DNA of 20,000 nucleotides from an uncultured virus (IMG/VR IMGVR_UViG_3300020459_000007) (lineage: Duplodnaviria > Heunggongvirae > Uroviricota > Caudoviricetes). The position numbers and the translations under genes were made by a program. Each line of letters starts with the position of its first letter. Position 1 is the stretch's first letter. The DNA lies in the IMG/VR virus record IMGVR_UViG_3300020459_000007; one strand, 5' to 3'. This document shows, piece after piece, positions 1-7,579 of this stretch. Below the pieces are notes generated by a model. The model saw only the letters and a program-made list of their open reading frames with translations, ran no database searches and was not told the DNA's origin.

Positions 1-203
1 AACATGTAGTTGACAAAGTTTGGTTTGTATGATAGGTGTGTAGCGATCTTTAAAAAACATCCTCCAATGTAGTTGCTGATTTGAGGACGCTGTTCGCCCT
101 TCTCCTTTGCAACAGCACACTTGTCCTTAAAAACAATGAGTGCTTCAAGGAACTCTTTATTGTTTACGTAATGCTCACTCTGTACCTTCCTTCTGACGGC
201 CAT
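1..203 (-). CDS. g55: Late-transcription sigma factor gp55, N-terminal part (runs off the window edge)
   Basis: Not in the ORF track. Hand translation from ATG at 203 gives MAVRRKVQSEHYVNNKEFLEALIVFKDKCAVAKEKGEQRPQISNYIGGCFLKIATHLSYKPNFVNYM. HYVNNKEFL and CFLKIAxHLSYKPNFVNYM are typical of cyanophage gp55. SD AAGGAG at 216-211. Position after uvsW.1 fits known synteny. Confidence 0.93.
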   Translation of the reverse strand, partial: MAVRRKVQSEHYVNNKEFLEALIVFKDKCAVAKEKGEQRPQISNYIGGCFLKIATHLSYKPNFVNYM

Positions 204-224
204 ATTATATCTCCTTATGTATAC

Positions 225-253
225 ATTGTATACCATTTTGACCCAAATAGCAA
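225..253 (-). promoter_or_regulatory. Sigma70-like promoter for g55
   Basis: Minus strand TTGCTA (253-248), 17-bp spacer, TACAAT (230-225), about 20 bp upstream of the g55 ATG. Confidence 0.7.
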
Positions 254-260
254 GGGGGGC

Positions 261-289
261 TTGACAAGTGTTTCATTTTTGTGTACACT
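261..289 (+). promoter_or_regulatory. Sigma70-like promoter pointing antisense into uvsW.1/uvsW
   Basis: TTGACA (261-266), 17-bp spacer, TACACT (284-289). Perfect -35 and a TAN3T-type -10. Confidence 0.65.
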
Positions 290-315
290 ACGAGTGTGCG
301 AGTTCAAGGGATGCT

Positions 316-696
316 TTAGCTATTGAATATATTATCCAGTTTAATACGAGCTTCCTCTACAGTAGACAGTCTACCAGAAGCATCTGATATAGTATCACCA
401 TTGAGTCTCCTTAGAGACATGGCATAGAATATCTGAACCTCTGTATCAACTTCTACCACGGTGATTACCTTATCCTTAGGGATGAGAAATTCCTCCTCGC
501 GTGAAAATTTCATCCAAGGCGACACCTTTGCACCTGCTTTATTCCCTGTCAAGACGACTTCTTCGATCTCGATAGGGTTTTGTACTATCATGTAATCCCC
601 ATTCTCATCATGTACATGCTCAGTCACTGCAAGAATTTCTTCTCCTGATACCAATTTGATTGCTGCGAGGAATTCGACCTTCTTTTGTTCTTCCAT
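316..696 (-). CDS. Conserved T4-like cyanophage protein downstream of uvsW (uvsW.1 position; Sm-like fold likely), about 126 aa
   Basis: IKLVSGEEILA...NPIEI...VSPWMKFS...IPKDKVIT pattern. Likely start MEEQKK at 696, 1 nt after the uvsW stop, rather than 762. Confidence 0.75.
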   Translation of the reverse strand: MEEQKKVEFLAAIKLVSGEEILAVTEHVHDENGDYMIVQNPIEIEEVVLTGNKAGAKVSPWMKFSREEEFLIPKDKVITVVEVDTEVQIFYAMSLRRLNGDTISDASGRLSTVEEARIKLDNIFNS

Positions 697-697
697 G

Positions 698-2167
698 TTA
701 GTCTCTGATTCGGACATCAATGAATTCATAGTTAAAATTTTCTTCATTATATATTTTAACACGTTCTGTTAAATGATTTAAAGTGTAGTTTCTTTGGGTG
801 GCAGTTGAGATGTCATCTGCTATGTCGTATAGAACTGCTTTCGTCTTGTGGTCTCCTTTTCTCAAGACCCTACCGATCGACTGGAGGTTCCTGATCTTCG
901 ATTTTGATGGCGAAGCAAAGACAACGTTATGTAAGTTCCGAATATTAATCCCAGTGCTAAAAGTCCCATACGATGCCACTATAATACTATCATGTGTAGT
1001 CTCAGCAATCCCTCTTGCCTTCTCTCTATCCTCTGTATCGACCCCACCGTGGACTAAAAAGACTAAGCGATCTTCTCCTACCTTATTATTTATGAGATCA
1101 AAAAGGGGCATACCATGCCGTTCAACGTAGTTGAACAGGACGAGAGTGTTACCAGACAGGTCACAAACTAGGTTGCGAATGAACTTACTGCGACCTTGGT
1201 GGTCAACGAGGTAGTCCATCTCCTCTTGGTATGTGTCAAAAGTCCTCTTATCATGCTTAAGGATGAGTACTTTGATTTCAAACTCAGAGAGATGACCCTT
1301 TTTAATAAGGGTTTCTGTCTTAGTTATCTTATCTACACTACCAAATACACCTTCGAGTACCAAGCGATTTGTCTCAGTACCATCTAAAGTACCAGTAAAC
1401 CCTACACGATACTTACAATCATAGAGCTTATTCATGATACTGGTTAAGGATTTTGCCTTAAACAGGTGTGCTTCATCTCCTATTATAGCACCAAAATTCT
1501 CAAAGTAAACTTTTGGTAGCTTGTATACTGACTGCCATGTGGTAATTATCACGTCTTTGTCAGACCTAGGATCATTACCTGCATATACTTTATGGCAGTG
1601 CTCCTTTGCATTCCACCCATAGTCCTCAAAGTCTTTGTACATCTGCTCTACCAGAGATGTCGTAGGAACTACTATGAGTGTTTGTAAATTCTTTGCTGCC
1701 CAGAACCTAGACAGAGCATAGATCATTAGAGACTTACCACTGCCTGTAGGTGATAGTAGTAGCTTACGTTTGTTACGTAGTGCTTCGTATATACCCTTGT
1801 ACTGGTAGTCTCTGACCTTATGTGGTAGGTTAAGGGTCTTTACCCAATCACCTATTCCTTGGGGAGTAACGAATTCATCCACTTCTGATGGAAGTCCATA
1901 AAATTCGTTGTCCCTATGGATAACTTCATACCCCTTCTCTTCGCAAAACGAAGTAATGTAAGGGAGAAGGCCAACATAAATCTCGCCTGTACCTGGGGAG
2001 AATAGTTTGATTTTTCCATCCCAATACCTTTTCTTGTACGCTGACATGAACTTGGCTTGAGGCACCTCGAAAGTAAACTGATCTGCTAGCTCGTAACCTA
2101 CATGAGGTTCACACTCTACAGTAAGATATACTTCGTTCTTCTTCTGAATGTAGACATTAGATTTCAT
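698..2167 (-). CDS. uvsW: UvsW SF2 DNA helicase
   Basis: RDYQ Q-motif, SPTGSGKS Walker A, DEAH box, TGT motif III, QSIGRVLR motif VI, N-terminal WDGKIKLF. Confidence 0.97.
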   Translation of the reverse strand: MKSNVYIQKKNEVYLTVECEPHVGYELADQFTFEVPQAKFMSAYKKRYWDGKIKLFSPGTGEIYVGLLPYITSFCEEKGYEVIHRDNEFYGLPSEVDEFVTPQGIGDWVKTLNLPHKVRDYQYKGIYEALRNKRKLLLSPTGSGKSLMIYALSRFWAAKNLQTLIVVPTTSLVEQMYKDFEDYGWNAKEHCHKVYAGNDPRSDKDVIITTWQSVYKLPKVYFENFGAIIGDEAHLFKAKSLTSIMNKLYDCKYRVGFTGTLDGTETNRLVLEGVFGSVDKITKTETLIKKGHLSEFEIKVLILKHDKRTFDTYQEEMDYLVDHQGRSKFIRNLVCDLSGNTLVLFNYVERHGMPLFDLINNKVGEDRLVFLVHGGVDTEDREKARGIAETTHDSIIVASYGTFSTGINIRNLHNVVFASPSKSKIRNLQSIGRVLRKGDHKTKAVLYDIADDISTATQRNYTLNHLTERVKIYNEENFNYEFIDVRIRD

Positions 2168-2570
2168 AACCTTTCAGGAACTTAGCGAACTCTATCGCAT
2201 TCTTAATATAGAAGGATCGGTTATTGATCGCCTGCATAATAGCTTTCAATGCCTCAACCATCTGGTTATAGTACTTCAGTTTAAGAACGGACTTATTGTA
2301 TACTTCATCAGCTTCCAGATATATTGGGACATCTGTCTTGATGAGTTTTAAAGGAAATGGTTTCTCCGCTTTGCCAGTATAGTACTCCCACCTATTCTTA
2401 TAGGTGCGTTTGACTTCCATCTCCTGTTGATCCTTTAAGGTATTAAAGGAGTTGTAAAGTCTTAAATATTTAGCATGTAACTTGGGGATTGCTAAACTGT
2501 CATGATCTAATTTTTCATCATTTAGTTGTGAGTCCTTCTCCCACATGTCATTCAAAGTGTCTAGGTTCAT
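2157..2570 (-). CDS. uvsY: UvsY recombination mediator
   Basis: 137 aa with IPKLHAKYL, EYYTGKA and INNRSFYIKNAIEF motifs; lies between g3 and uvsW. Confidence 0.93.
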   Translation of the reverse strand: MNLDTLNDMWEKDSQLNDEKLDHDSLAIPKLHAKYLRLYNSFNTLKDQQEMEVKRTYKNRWEYYTGKAEKPFPLKLIKTDVPIYLEADEVYNKSVLKLKYYNQMVEALKAIMQAINNRSFYIKNAIEFAKFLKGYEI

Positions 2571-3118
2571 ACTTTATTATTATTCTTATCCGTTATCTCA
2601 TACAGAGTATACTTGAAATTAACGTCGGCCGTGAGGTAGTTGACATCAGTTGCTGATGAGTCAAACTCTAGTGTTGTCAACGATGTTGGGAAGATGTTAA
2701 AGAAGTTTACGGTAGAGATGCTTTGGTAGTTGCTGTTTAAAATAAGTAAACGAGCATCACTCATCATCTTATCGAACTCCTCAGGTCTACCCTTCTCGTC
2801 TACACTAGCAAGGTACTTCTGAAAATTCTTTTGATGTAAAGGGTTAGTAAGACCCTTAAGCCACTTGTAGATTTCATAGTAATTGTCCAAGTCTTCATTG
2901 ACTAAGAACCTGAGGTTTAGATCACCAAAGGTCATCTTATCGCCAGGTAGTGAGTAGTCTTTGACTGGTGTTGATATCTCCCTTACACCTATCTCTACTT
3001 GAGGTACAGCAGCAGACTGACAAAAATAGTCTACGTTAGGTGTCCTACCAATAATAAATTTAAAACCTATTGGTGATAGAAAATTTTGATTAGAGGGAGA
3101 AAAAAGATTTGGTTCCAT
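2567..3118 (-). CDS. g3: Tail completion / tube terminator protein gp3
   Basis: NFLSPIGFKF, PNVDYFCQSA, PGDKMTFGDLNLRFLVNEDLDNYYEIYKWL and FPTSL motifs. Confidence 0.92.
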   Translation of the reverse strand: MEPNLFSPSNQNFLSPIGFKFIIGRTPNVDYFCQSAAVPQVEIGVREISTPVKDYSLPGDKMTFGDLNLRFLVNEDLDNYYEIYKWLKGLTNPLHQKNFQKYLASVDEKGRPEEFDKMMSDARLLILNSNYQSISTVNFFNIFPTSLTTLEFDSSATDVNYLTADVNFKYTLYEITDKNNNKV

Positions 3119-3141
3119 TAGTTCACGCAGGTCTCCAGTAG

Positions 3142-3148
3142 TATTTAT
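3142..3148 (-). promoter_or_regulatory. T4-type late promoter (ATAAATA) for the g3-uvsY-uvsW operon
   Basis: Minus strand GGATAAATAC overlaps the stop of the 201-aa ORF, 23 nt upstream of the g3 ATG. Confidence 0.75.
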
Positions 3149-3750
3149 CCAAGCCAGAAAACGTCTGGATCTCTGATCTTATCGTGGATTTGAAATCGAA
3201 AATCTTTAAAGTCTGGTTTGTTAGTTTCGTTATGTGCAGCATCTATCCATGACAACTCAGCGTTCTTACCTCTGCTACTCTGCCCTTCTACATCATCAAT
3301 GTTATACTCACCGACATAGTTCTCACCCACTGTACTAGGTGTGACACCGTTCTGCCAGTGCTGTACTGACATGAATATAGATCTACCATCACCCATGAAT
3401 GCACCATGTATATCATCATGGTATACCTTGAGGGTAAAGAAATCAGATCGCATCTTACATATCTTCTCTTGCTCTGGGTGACTGTCTATCCAATACCCAC
3501 CATGACTAAAACTTATCTTACCACGTATGTACACTTCATACGAATCTATATCTGGGTGTCTATGCTCAGGTATGATAGCATGTGGTGGCCAGTTTAAGCA
3601 TTCAACTTGGTACTGTCCTTCCTTGTACATAACCTTCCTATGAAAGTTAGGTACACCAAAGAAATTTCTATTCCAACCTTCTGGTTTAGCTATCTCGCGA
3701 GGATCGAACGTATTCAAATACTCATCAACGAAACCTGTGATGGCATCCAT
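3145..3750 (-). CDS. Cupin-fold putative metalloenzyme (HxH...H), 201 aa, function unknown
   Basis: PPHAIIPEHRHPDIDSYEVYIRG matches cupin motif 1 and KVYHDDIHGA matches motif 2. It has its own late promoter. Confidence 0.7.
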   Translation of the reverse strand: MDAITGFVDEYLNTFDPREIAKPEGWNRNFFGVPNFHRKVMYKEGQYQVECLNWPPHAIIPEHRHPDIDSYEVYIRGKISFSHGGYWIDSHPEQEKICKMRSDFFTLKVYHDDIHGAFMGDGRSIFMSVQHWQNGVTPSTVGENYVGEYNIDDVEGQSSRGKNAELSWIDAAHNETNKPDFKDFRFQIHDKIRDPDVFWLG

Positions 3751-3753
3751 GCA

Positions 3754-3786
3754 TAAAAAAAGAGGTCTAATTATTTAGACCCCTTT
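3754..3786 (-). terminator. Intrinsic terminator after the 54-aa ORF, with a late-promoter core inside the hairpin
   Basis: Minus strand GGGGTCTAA-ATAA-TTAGACCTC followed by T7; one G-U pair in the stem. Confidence 0.8.
3772..3777 (-). promoter_or_regulatory. Late promoter core TAAATA for the cupin gene
   Basis: CTAAATAA on the minus strand, 21 nt upstream of the ATG at 3750; spacing similar to other late promoters here. Confidence 0.65.
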
Positions 3787-3810
3787 CAATTAAGTTTTTA
3801 GTGCATGGGG

Positions 3811-3975
3811 TTACTCCAACATGACTTTGCATATTCTTCGACACGAATTCGGTAAGTCTGTACACTCTATTAGGCAGTCAAAGTAATCGTCGATCTGGTT
3901 TAATTCTTTATTACTGTTGTTATCGACACTTACACTCCAACCACTCAATTGATTTTTACTTACTAGATTGTGCAT
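3811..3975 (-). CDS. Small Cys-rich protein (54 aa, CxxxC-x6-CxxxC)
   Basis: Not in the ORF track. Hand translation: MHNLVSKNQLSGWSVSVDNNSNKELNQIDDYFDCLIECTDLPNSCRRICKVMLE. SD-like GAGG upstream and terminators on both sides. From memory it resembles a hypothetical small-protein family of marine picocyanobacteria and their phages; not verified. Confidence 0.85.
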   Translation of the reverse strand: MHNLVSKNQLSGWSVSVDNNSNKELNQIDDYFDCLIECTDLPNSCRRICKVMLE

Positions 3976-4019
3976 TAATGTTCCTCGCTAAGTCTACTAT
4001 TATGTATGCAAATCCACAC

Positions 4020-4035
4020 TGTATTTACGGTTACA
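4020..4035. promoter_or_regulatory. Putative NtcA binding box (tGTA-N8-TACa)
   Basis: TGTATTTACGGTTACA at 4020-4035, about 45 bp upstream of the 54-aa ORF start. It contains a minus-strand TAAATA at 4027-4022. Confidence 0.65.
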
Positions 4036-4074
4036 ATTTAACAAAAAGAAATGCCTACGAGTTTATACCTAGAC

Positions 4075-4100
4075 AAAAAAAGAGACCCCTTAGGGTCTCT
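4075..4100 (-). terminator. Intrinsic terminator downstream of g23
   Basis: Perfect 8-bp stem AGAGACCC-TAAG-GGGTCTCT followed by a T-run on the minus strand, about 23 nt after the g23 stop. Confidence 0.92.
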
Positions 4101-4123
4101 CTGAGGTGTATGTAACACGAAGT

Positions 4124-5494
4124 TTACATTAGGTTTGCAACCTTTACTCTTCTGTAGTAAGCGTTAGCGTTTAAGTTACCAGCAGCTTGTGGATCTGAAT
4201 CAGATAAAGCAGCGAGTCCCTTAGCAAATGGGTTAAGAACCATTCCGTAACGAGTCTTAAACCCGATACGTGGTTGGAATGAATCCTGACCGATCGCTCT
4301 GTACATTTGGAGAGGAACGTAAGGACAGTAGAATAGTCCTGCATCGTATGCATTAGAACCTTTGTATCCAACAACGTAGTACTGATCAGAACTAACGTTA
4401 GCTGAATAAGGGTCGATGTATACTTTGAAACGTCCGTTCAATGTACCAACGAAAGTGTTACCTGTGTCATCGACTTCGCCGATACCACCAACAGCACCAT
4501 TGATACCTGAATCGTAATCAAGAACACCACTCATAGCAAGAGCAGAAGCTACATCAGCACTAGTGATGATGATGTTACCCTTCCCTCTACGAGTTTCCTG
4601 TGCGATTGCGTTGGCATCTCTTTCGATCTGGAATAATAGTCCCTTGAATTTCTCAACTGACCATCTACCATTACTGTCTACGTCTAAGTCAAACACACCA
4701 GCGTTAGCTACGTTTGCTTGAGCACCAGGTTTTGCACCCCTGTATACAGTACGAACAACCTCACGGTTGATTTCAGCAAGTATCTCTGTTGAAAGAATGT
4801 TTGCTAGTTCAGACTCGGCATCTAATCCGTGGATTGCTTTCAAGTCTTGTGCTAGTTCAACTGAGTAGTCTGCTCTTAACGCTCTACCTTTAGCTTCAAC
4901 AGCAATTCTGTCGATGCTAAACGCCATTTCCATGAATGCGTTAGATGCTTGACCATCTCCTAGTCCTTCTAGATCGCTTGTACCGAACTTGCTTGAAGCA
5001 AGGTCATAGTTAGTAGCAGTTGTACCACCACCAGAAGCGTCGTTGATAAGACCTGGGTTCTTCTCAGTAGTAGCTGTAGGAGGAGTTCCACCTTTAGTAC
5101 CAGAGAACTGTGCATCTGGCTCATCGAAGAATGCTTCGTTACCAGTTTGATTTGTATATCTACTTCTCATCGCGAAGATAAGACCAGTAGGACCAGACAT
5201 AGGTTGTACGCCTGCGATGTCATAAGCAATAAGCTTAGGCATAGCACGACGGATTAAGCTGATAAGTATAGGGTCGAAACCATATACAGCACCTGCTCCA
5301 GTTGTCTGTGTGTTGATAGGACCAACGTTTGTTGGTGCCTCTGTTAGAACGTTACGCTCTTCTTGTAGAGCACGCTCTTGGTTTTCCAAGAGAATTGCGG
5401 TAACAGACTTACGATAGTTGTCCTTGATTTCAGGAAGACCATCATGGTTAAGTACTGGTGCCCACTTCTCTTGGAGATTTTCTGCATTAAACAT
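4124..5494 (-). CDS. g23: Major capsid protein gp23
   Basis: LQEKWAPVL, GVQPMSGPTGLIFAMRSRY, ELAQDLKAIHGLDAESELANILSTEILAEINREVVR and QPRIGFKTRYG motifs. Confidence 0.99.
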   Translation of the reverse strand: MFNAENLQEKWAPVLNHDGLPEIKDNYRKSVTAILLENQERALQEERNVLTEAPTNVGPINTQTTGAGAVYGFDPILISLIRRAMPKLIAYDIAGVQPMSGPTGLIFAMRSRYTNQTGNEAFFDEPDAQFSGTKGGTPPTATTEKNPGLINDASGGGTTATNYDLASSKFGTSDLEGLGDGQASNAFMEMAFSIDRIAVEAKGRALRADYSVELAQDLKAIHGLDAESELANILSTEILAEINREVVRTVYRGAKPGAQANVANAGVFDLDVDSNGRWSVEKFKGLLFQIERDANAIAQETRRGKGNIIITSADVASALAMSGVLDYDSGINGAVGGIGEVDDTGNTFVGTLNGRFKVYIDPYSANVSSDQYYVVGYKGSNAYDAGLFYCPYVPLQMYRAIGQDSFQPRIGFKTRYGMVLNPFAKGLAALSDSDPQAAGNLNANAYYRRVKVANLM

Positions 5495-5533
5495 GCTAGA
5501 TTTACTCCGTTCTTGAGTTAGTGTTTACAGTCG

Positions 5534-6592
5534 TTATAGCCTTTTAGCTAGCTGTTCGACATACGAAGACATGCTTTCGCTAATGGCTTCAACTTTAGCT
5601 TTGGGTTCTTCAGAAGAGATTTCTTCTGCTACCTCAGGTGCTTTCGCTCCGAAGTAACTCTCTTTGATTTGTCCAAGCTTTTCACGATACGACTCTTCGT
5701 TTTTGAATTCGACTGCTTCAGCTAGAGAGGTAAACTTATCCTTCTGAACTTCTGCAAGTCCTCTGGATAGTTCTGTCAAAATCTCATTCTTTCTGTAGGT
5801 TGCTACCTTCTCATGCAGTCCAATGTTTTTCTCAACTTGATCGTTGAGTCGGGTCTCCATTTCATCTAATTTATTGCTCATGTCTGCAACCGCATCTAGA
5901 CTCTCGTCTGGAAGATTGATGTTGCTTTCAATGAACAAATTCTTTAATCCACCCATAAATGCTTCGGTGACTTCAGCACGTAGACCTGCTTCGATAGCAA
6001 GTTCGTTCTCAGTCATCCACTCTTCACAAGCATATGAGAGGAAATTCTCTATACGACCAGCAAATTCCTCTTTAATTCCTTCGAGTTCTTCGCCAATCCT
6101 GCGTTCTGCAGTTTCCTTAAGTGCTTCAACTTTGTCTGATACCTTTGCAGATACAGCAGCTTCAAATACAGTTGTTGCTTTCTTAGTGAATTCTTCGTCA
6201 AGATCCGCACCAGACAGTATTGCCTTGATGTCTTCGTTGACTCCTTCTTCGGAGATTGTCTCTCCTTCTTTCTCTACATCATCAAAGATCTTAGCAGAAA
6301 GTCCACCAGGCATTGCTGATGAAGCTCCACTTGGCTTCGTCTTGAGTGTAGAATCTTTTGTAGCACCCACAGGAGCAGCTGCTTTCGCACCTACGTTGTC
6401 AGGTCCTTCTGGTTTCTCCTTTGTAGAACCGCCTACTTCAATAGCATCGTTCTTAAGGTCAGATTGTTGTGCTGGAACCGCACCTTTTTTGATGGCTGCG
6501 TCGCCAACTGCTGCGTCTTCCTTAATAGTTCCTTCAGGAGATGCTTTCTTGTCAGCGATCACCTTTTGGAATTTTTCATCAATAGTAGACAT
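5534..6592 (-). CDS. g22: Prohead core scaffold protein gp22
   Basis: Acidic coiled-coil with KATTVFEAAV, EEWMTENELAIEAGLR and YREKLGQIKESYF; lies between g21 and g23. Confidence 0.95.
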   Translation of the reverse strand: MSTIDEKFQKVIADKKASPEGTIKEDAAVGDAAIKKGAVPAQQSDLKNDAIEVGGSTKEKPEGPDNVGAKAAAPVGATKDSTLKTKPSGASSAMPGGLSAKIFDDVEKEGETISEEGVNEDIKAILSGADLDEEFTKKATTVFEAAVSAKVSDKVEALKETAERRIGEELEGIKEEFAGRIENFLSYACEEWMTENELAIEAGLRAEVTEAFMGGLKNLFIESNINLPDESLDAVADMSNKLDEMETRLNDQVEKNIGLHEKVATYRKNEILTELSRGLAEVQKDKFTSLAEAVEFKNEESYREKLGQIKESYFGAKAPEVAEEISSEEPKAKVEAISESMSSYVEQLAKRL

Positions 6593-6639
6593 TACTTGTA
6601 CTCCTACGGGATTTTAAACTAGTGTATAAATCTATAATT

Positions 6640-6647
6640 TATTTATA
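6640..6647 (-). promoter_or_regulatory. Late promoter TATAAATA for g22-g23
   Basis: Full T4 late consensus on the minus strand, just after the g21 stop. Confidence 0.88.
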
Positions 6648-6649
6648 AA

Positions 6650-7300
6650 TCACAAACTTCTGAGAAATGCGTCGAACGCGGCGACCTTCCTCTCAGCAAG
6701 TTCTTGGGGTGAGGGTGCATTATCAAGGGATGCCTTGATAGCCTCGATTTGTGCTTCTTTAATCTTACCATCGACTAAAGCCCATTCTTTACCTTCCATA
6801 ATACCTTCAACAAAAGCATCAGGTGCGGAGGGGTCTGCTACTATATCAGCAGCAGTAGAAAGAATGAAGTCATCGGCGACTATACTGGTTGTGCCCTCTT
6901 TTTTAAGAGAACCTAACCCGCGTGAAGAAACACCGAGTTGTACCCCTTCCTCAAGCAAGTTCTTTGCGATCTTACCCATAGGGGTTTCTAACAACTTTGC
7001 CTTACCTATGAAGTTTCTACCTTCAGGGTAAAGTTCAACGATCTTGTGTGAAACACGATCTAAGTTAACGGTAGGACCTTCTGGATGACCTAACTCACCA
7101 AGTGCTCTCCCGCGTTGGATGAACTCTTCGTTGTACTTTCCCACCTCACGGTTCATGGTATCGAACTTGTACATTCTACCATTACGGTTGGTGATCTCAG
7201 TCTGTAGGAAGATACCTTTGATATAAGTTGACTTCTTACCGTCTTTGTCTTCGGTAAGAACTTCTATATCATTGTTCTGTTCCGTTATCAGTCTCATCAT
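6650..7300 (-). CDS. g21: Prohead protease gp21
   Basis: NRNGRMY, ALGELGHP, GVSSRGLGS and ADIVADPSAPDAFV motifs. Likely start M(M)RLITE at 7300 or 7297, not 7327. Confidence 0.97.
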   Translation of the reverse strand: MMRLITEQNNDIEVLTEDKDGKKSTYIKGIFLQTEITNRNGRMYKFDTMNREVGKYNEEFIQRGRALGELGHPEGPTVNLDRVSHKIVELYPEGRNFIGKAKLLETPMGKIAKNLLEEGVQLGVSSRGLGSLKKEGTTSIVADDFILSTAADIVADPSAPDAFVEGIMEGKEWALVDGKIKEAQIEAIKASLDNAPSPQELAERKVAAFDAFLRSL

Positions 7301-7559
7301 CGTTTTCCTCTGATTCGTTTTCAGCATTGCGGTTGATTACTTCCGCAGTTTCATCTTCTGATGCTTCTCCCTCTGGAGGTAATCCAGTTGGTTTGCCATC
7401 ATCAGGGACGTGCGGAAACATTTTGTTCGCAATGTCCAATTTACTTGTGTCCACTGCAGCAGCAGCTTTCACTTGTAGCATATCTTTGAGTTTGTCTAAG
7501 GCATCTGCCCTATCATTGTCCCAAAGTAAATCAACGATTTCTCGTTCTTGTGTTGCCAT
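7269..7559 (-). CDS. Small acidic protein at the T4 gp67/gp68 prohead-core position
   Basis: 96 aa, very acidic C-terminus, between portal and protease genes, with its own late promoter. The function is inferred from synteny. Confidence 0.7.
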   Translation of the reverse strand: MATQEREIVDLLWDNDRADALDKLKDMLQVKAAAAVDTSKLDIANKMFPHVPDDGKPTGLPPEGEASEDETAEVINRNAENESEENDDETDNGTEQ

Positions 7560-7579
7560 AATGTAACGTTGTCTGTAAT

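Noticed and set aside
81..326. 81-aa plus-strand ORF from the track
   Set aside because: Antisense to the real g55 N-terminus and spans its promoter region; TTG start and no recognisable protein features.
3811..3975. 54-aa Cys protein as CP12
   Set aside because: It lacks the AWDxVEEL core and the C-x8-C C-terminal pair of CP12; spacing here is CxxxC-x6-CxxxC.
3119..4123. Absence of a g24 vertex gene after g23
   Set aside because: Normal for marine T4-like cyanophages.
5844..6617. 257-aa antisense ORF over g22
   Set aside because: Ser/Ala/Phe-rich in-register mirror of the Glu/Ala/Lys-rich gp22 codons, with no evident SD or promoter. Typical shadow ORF.
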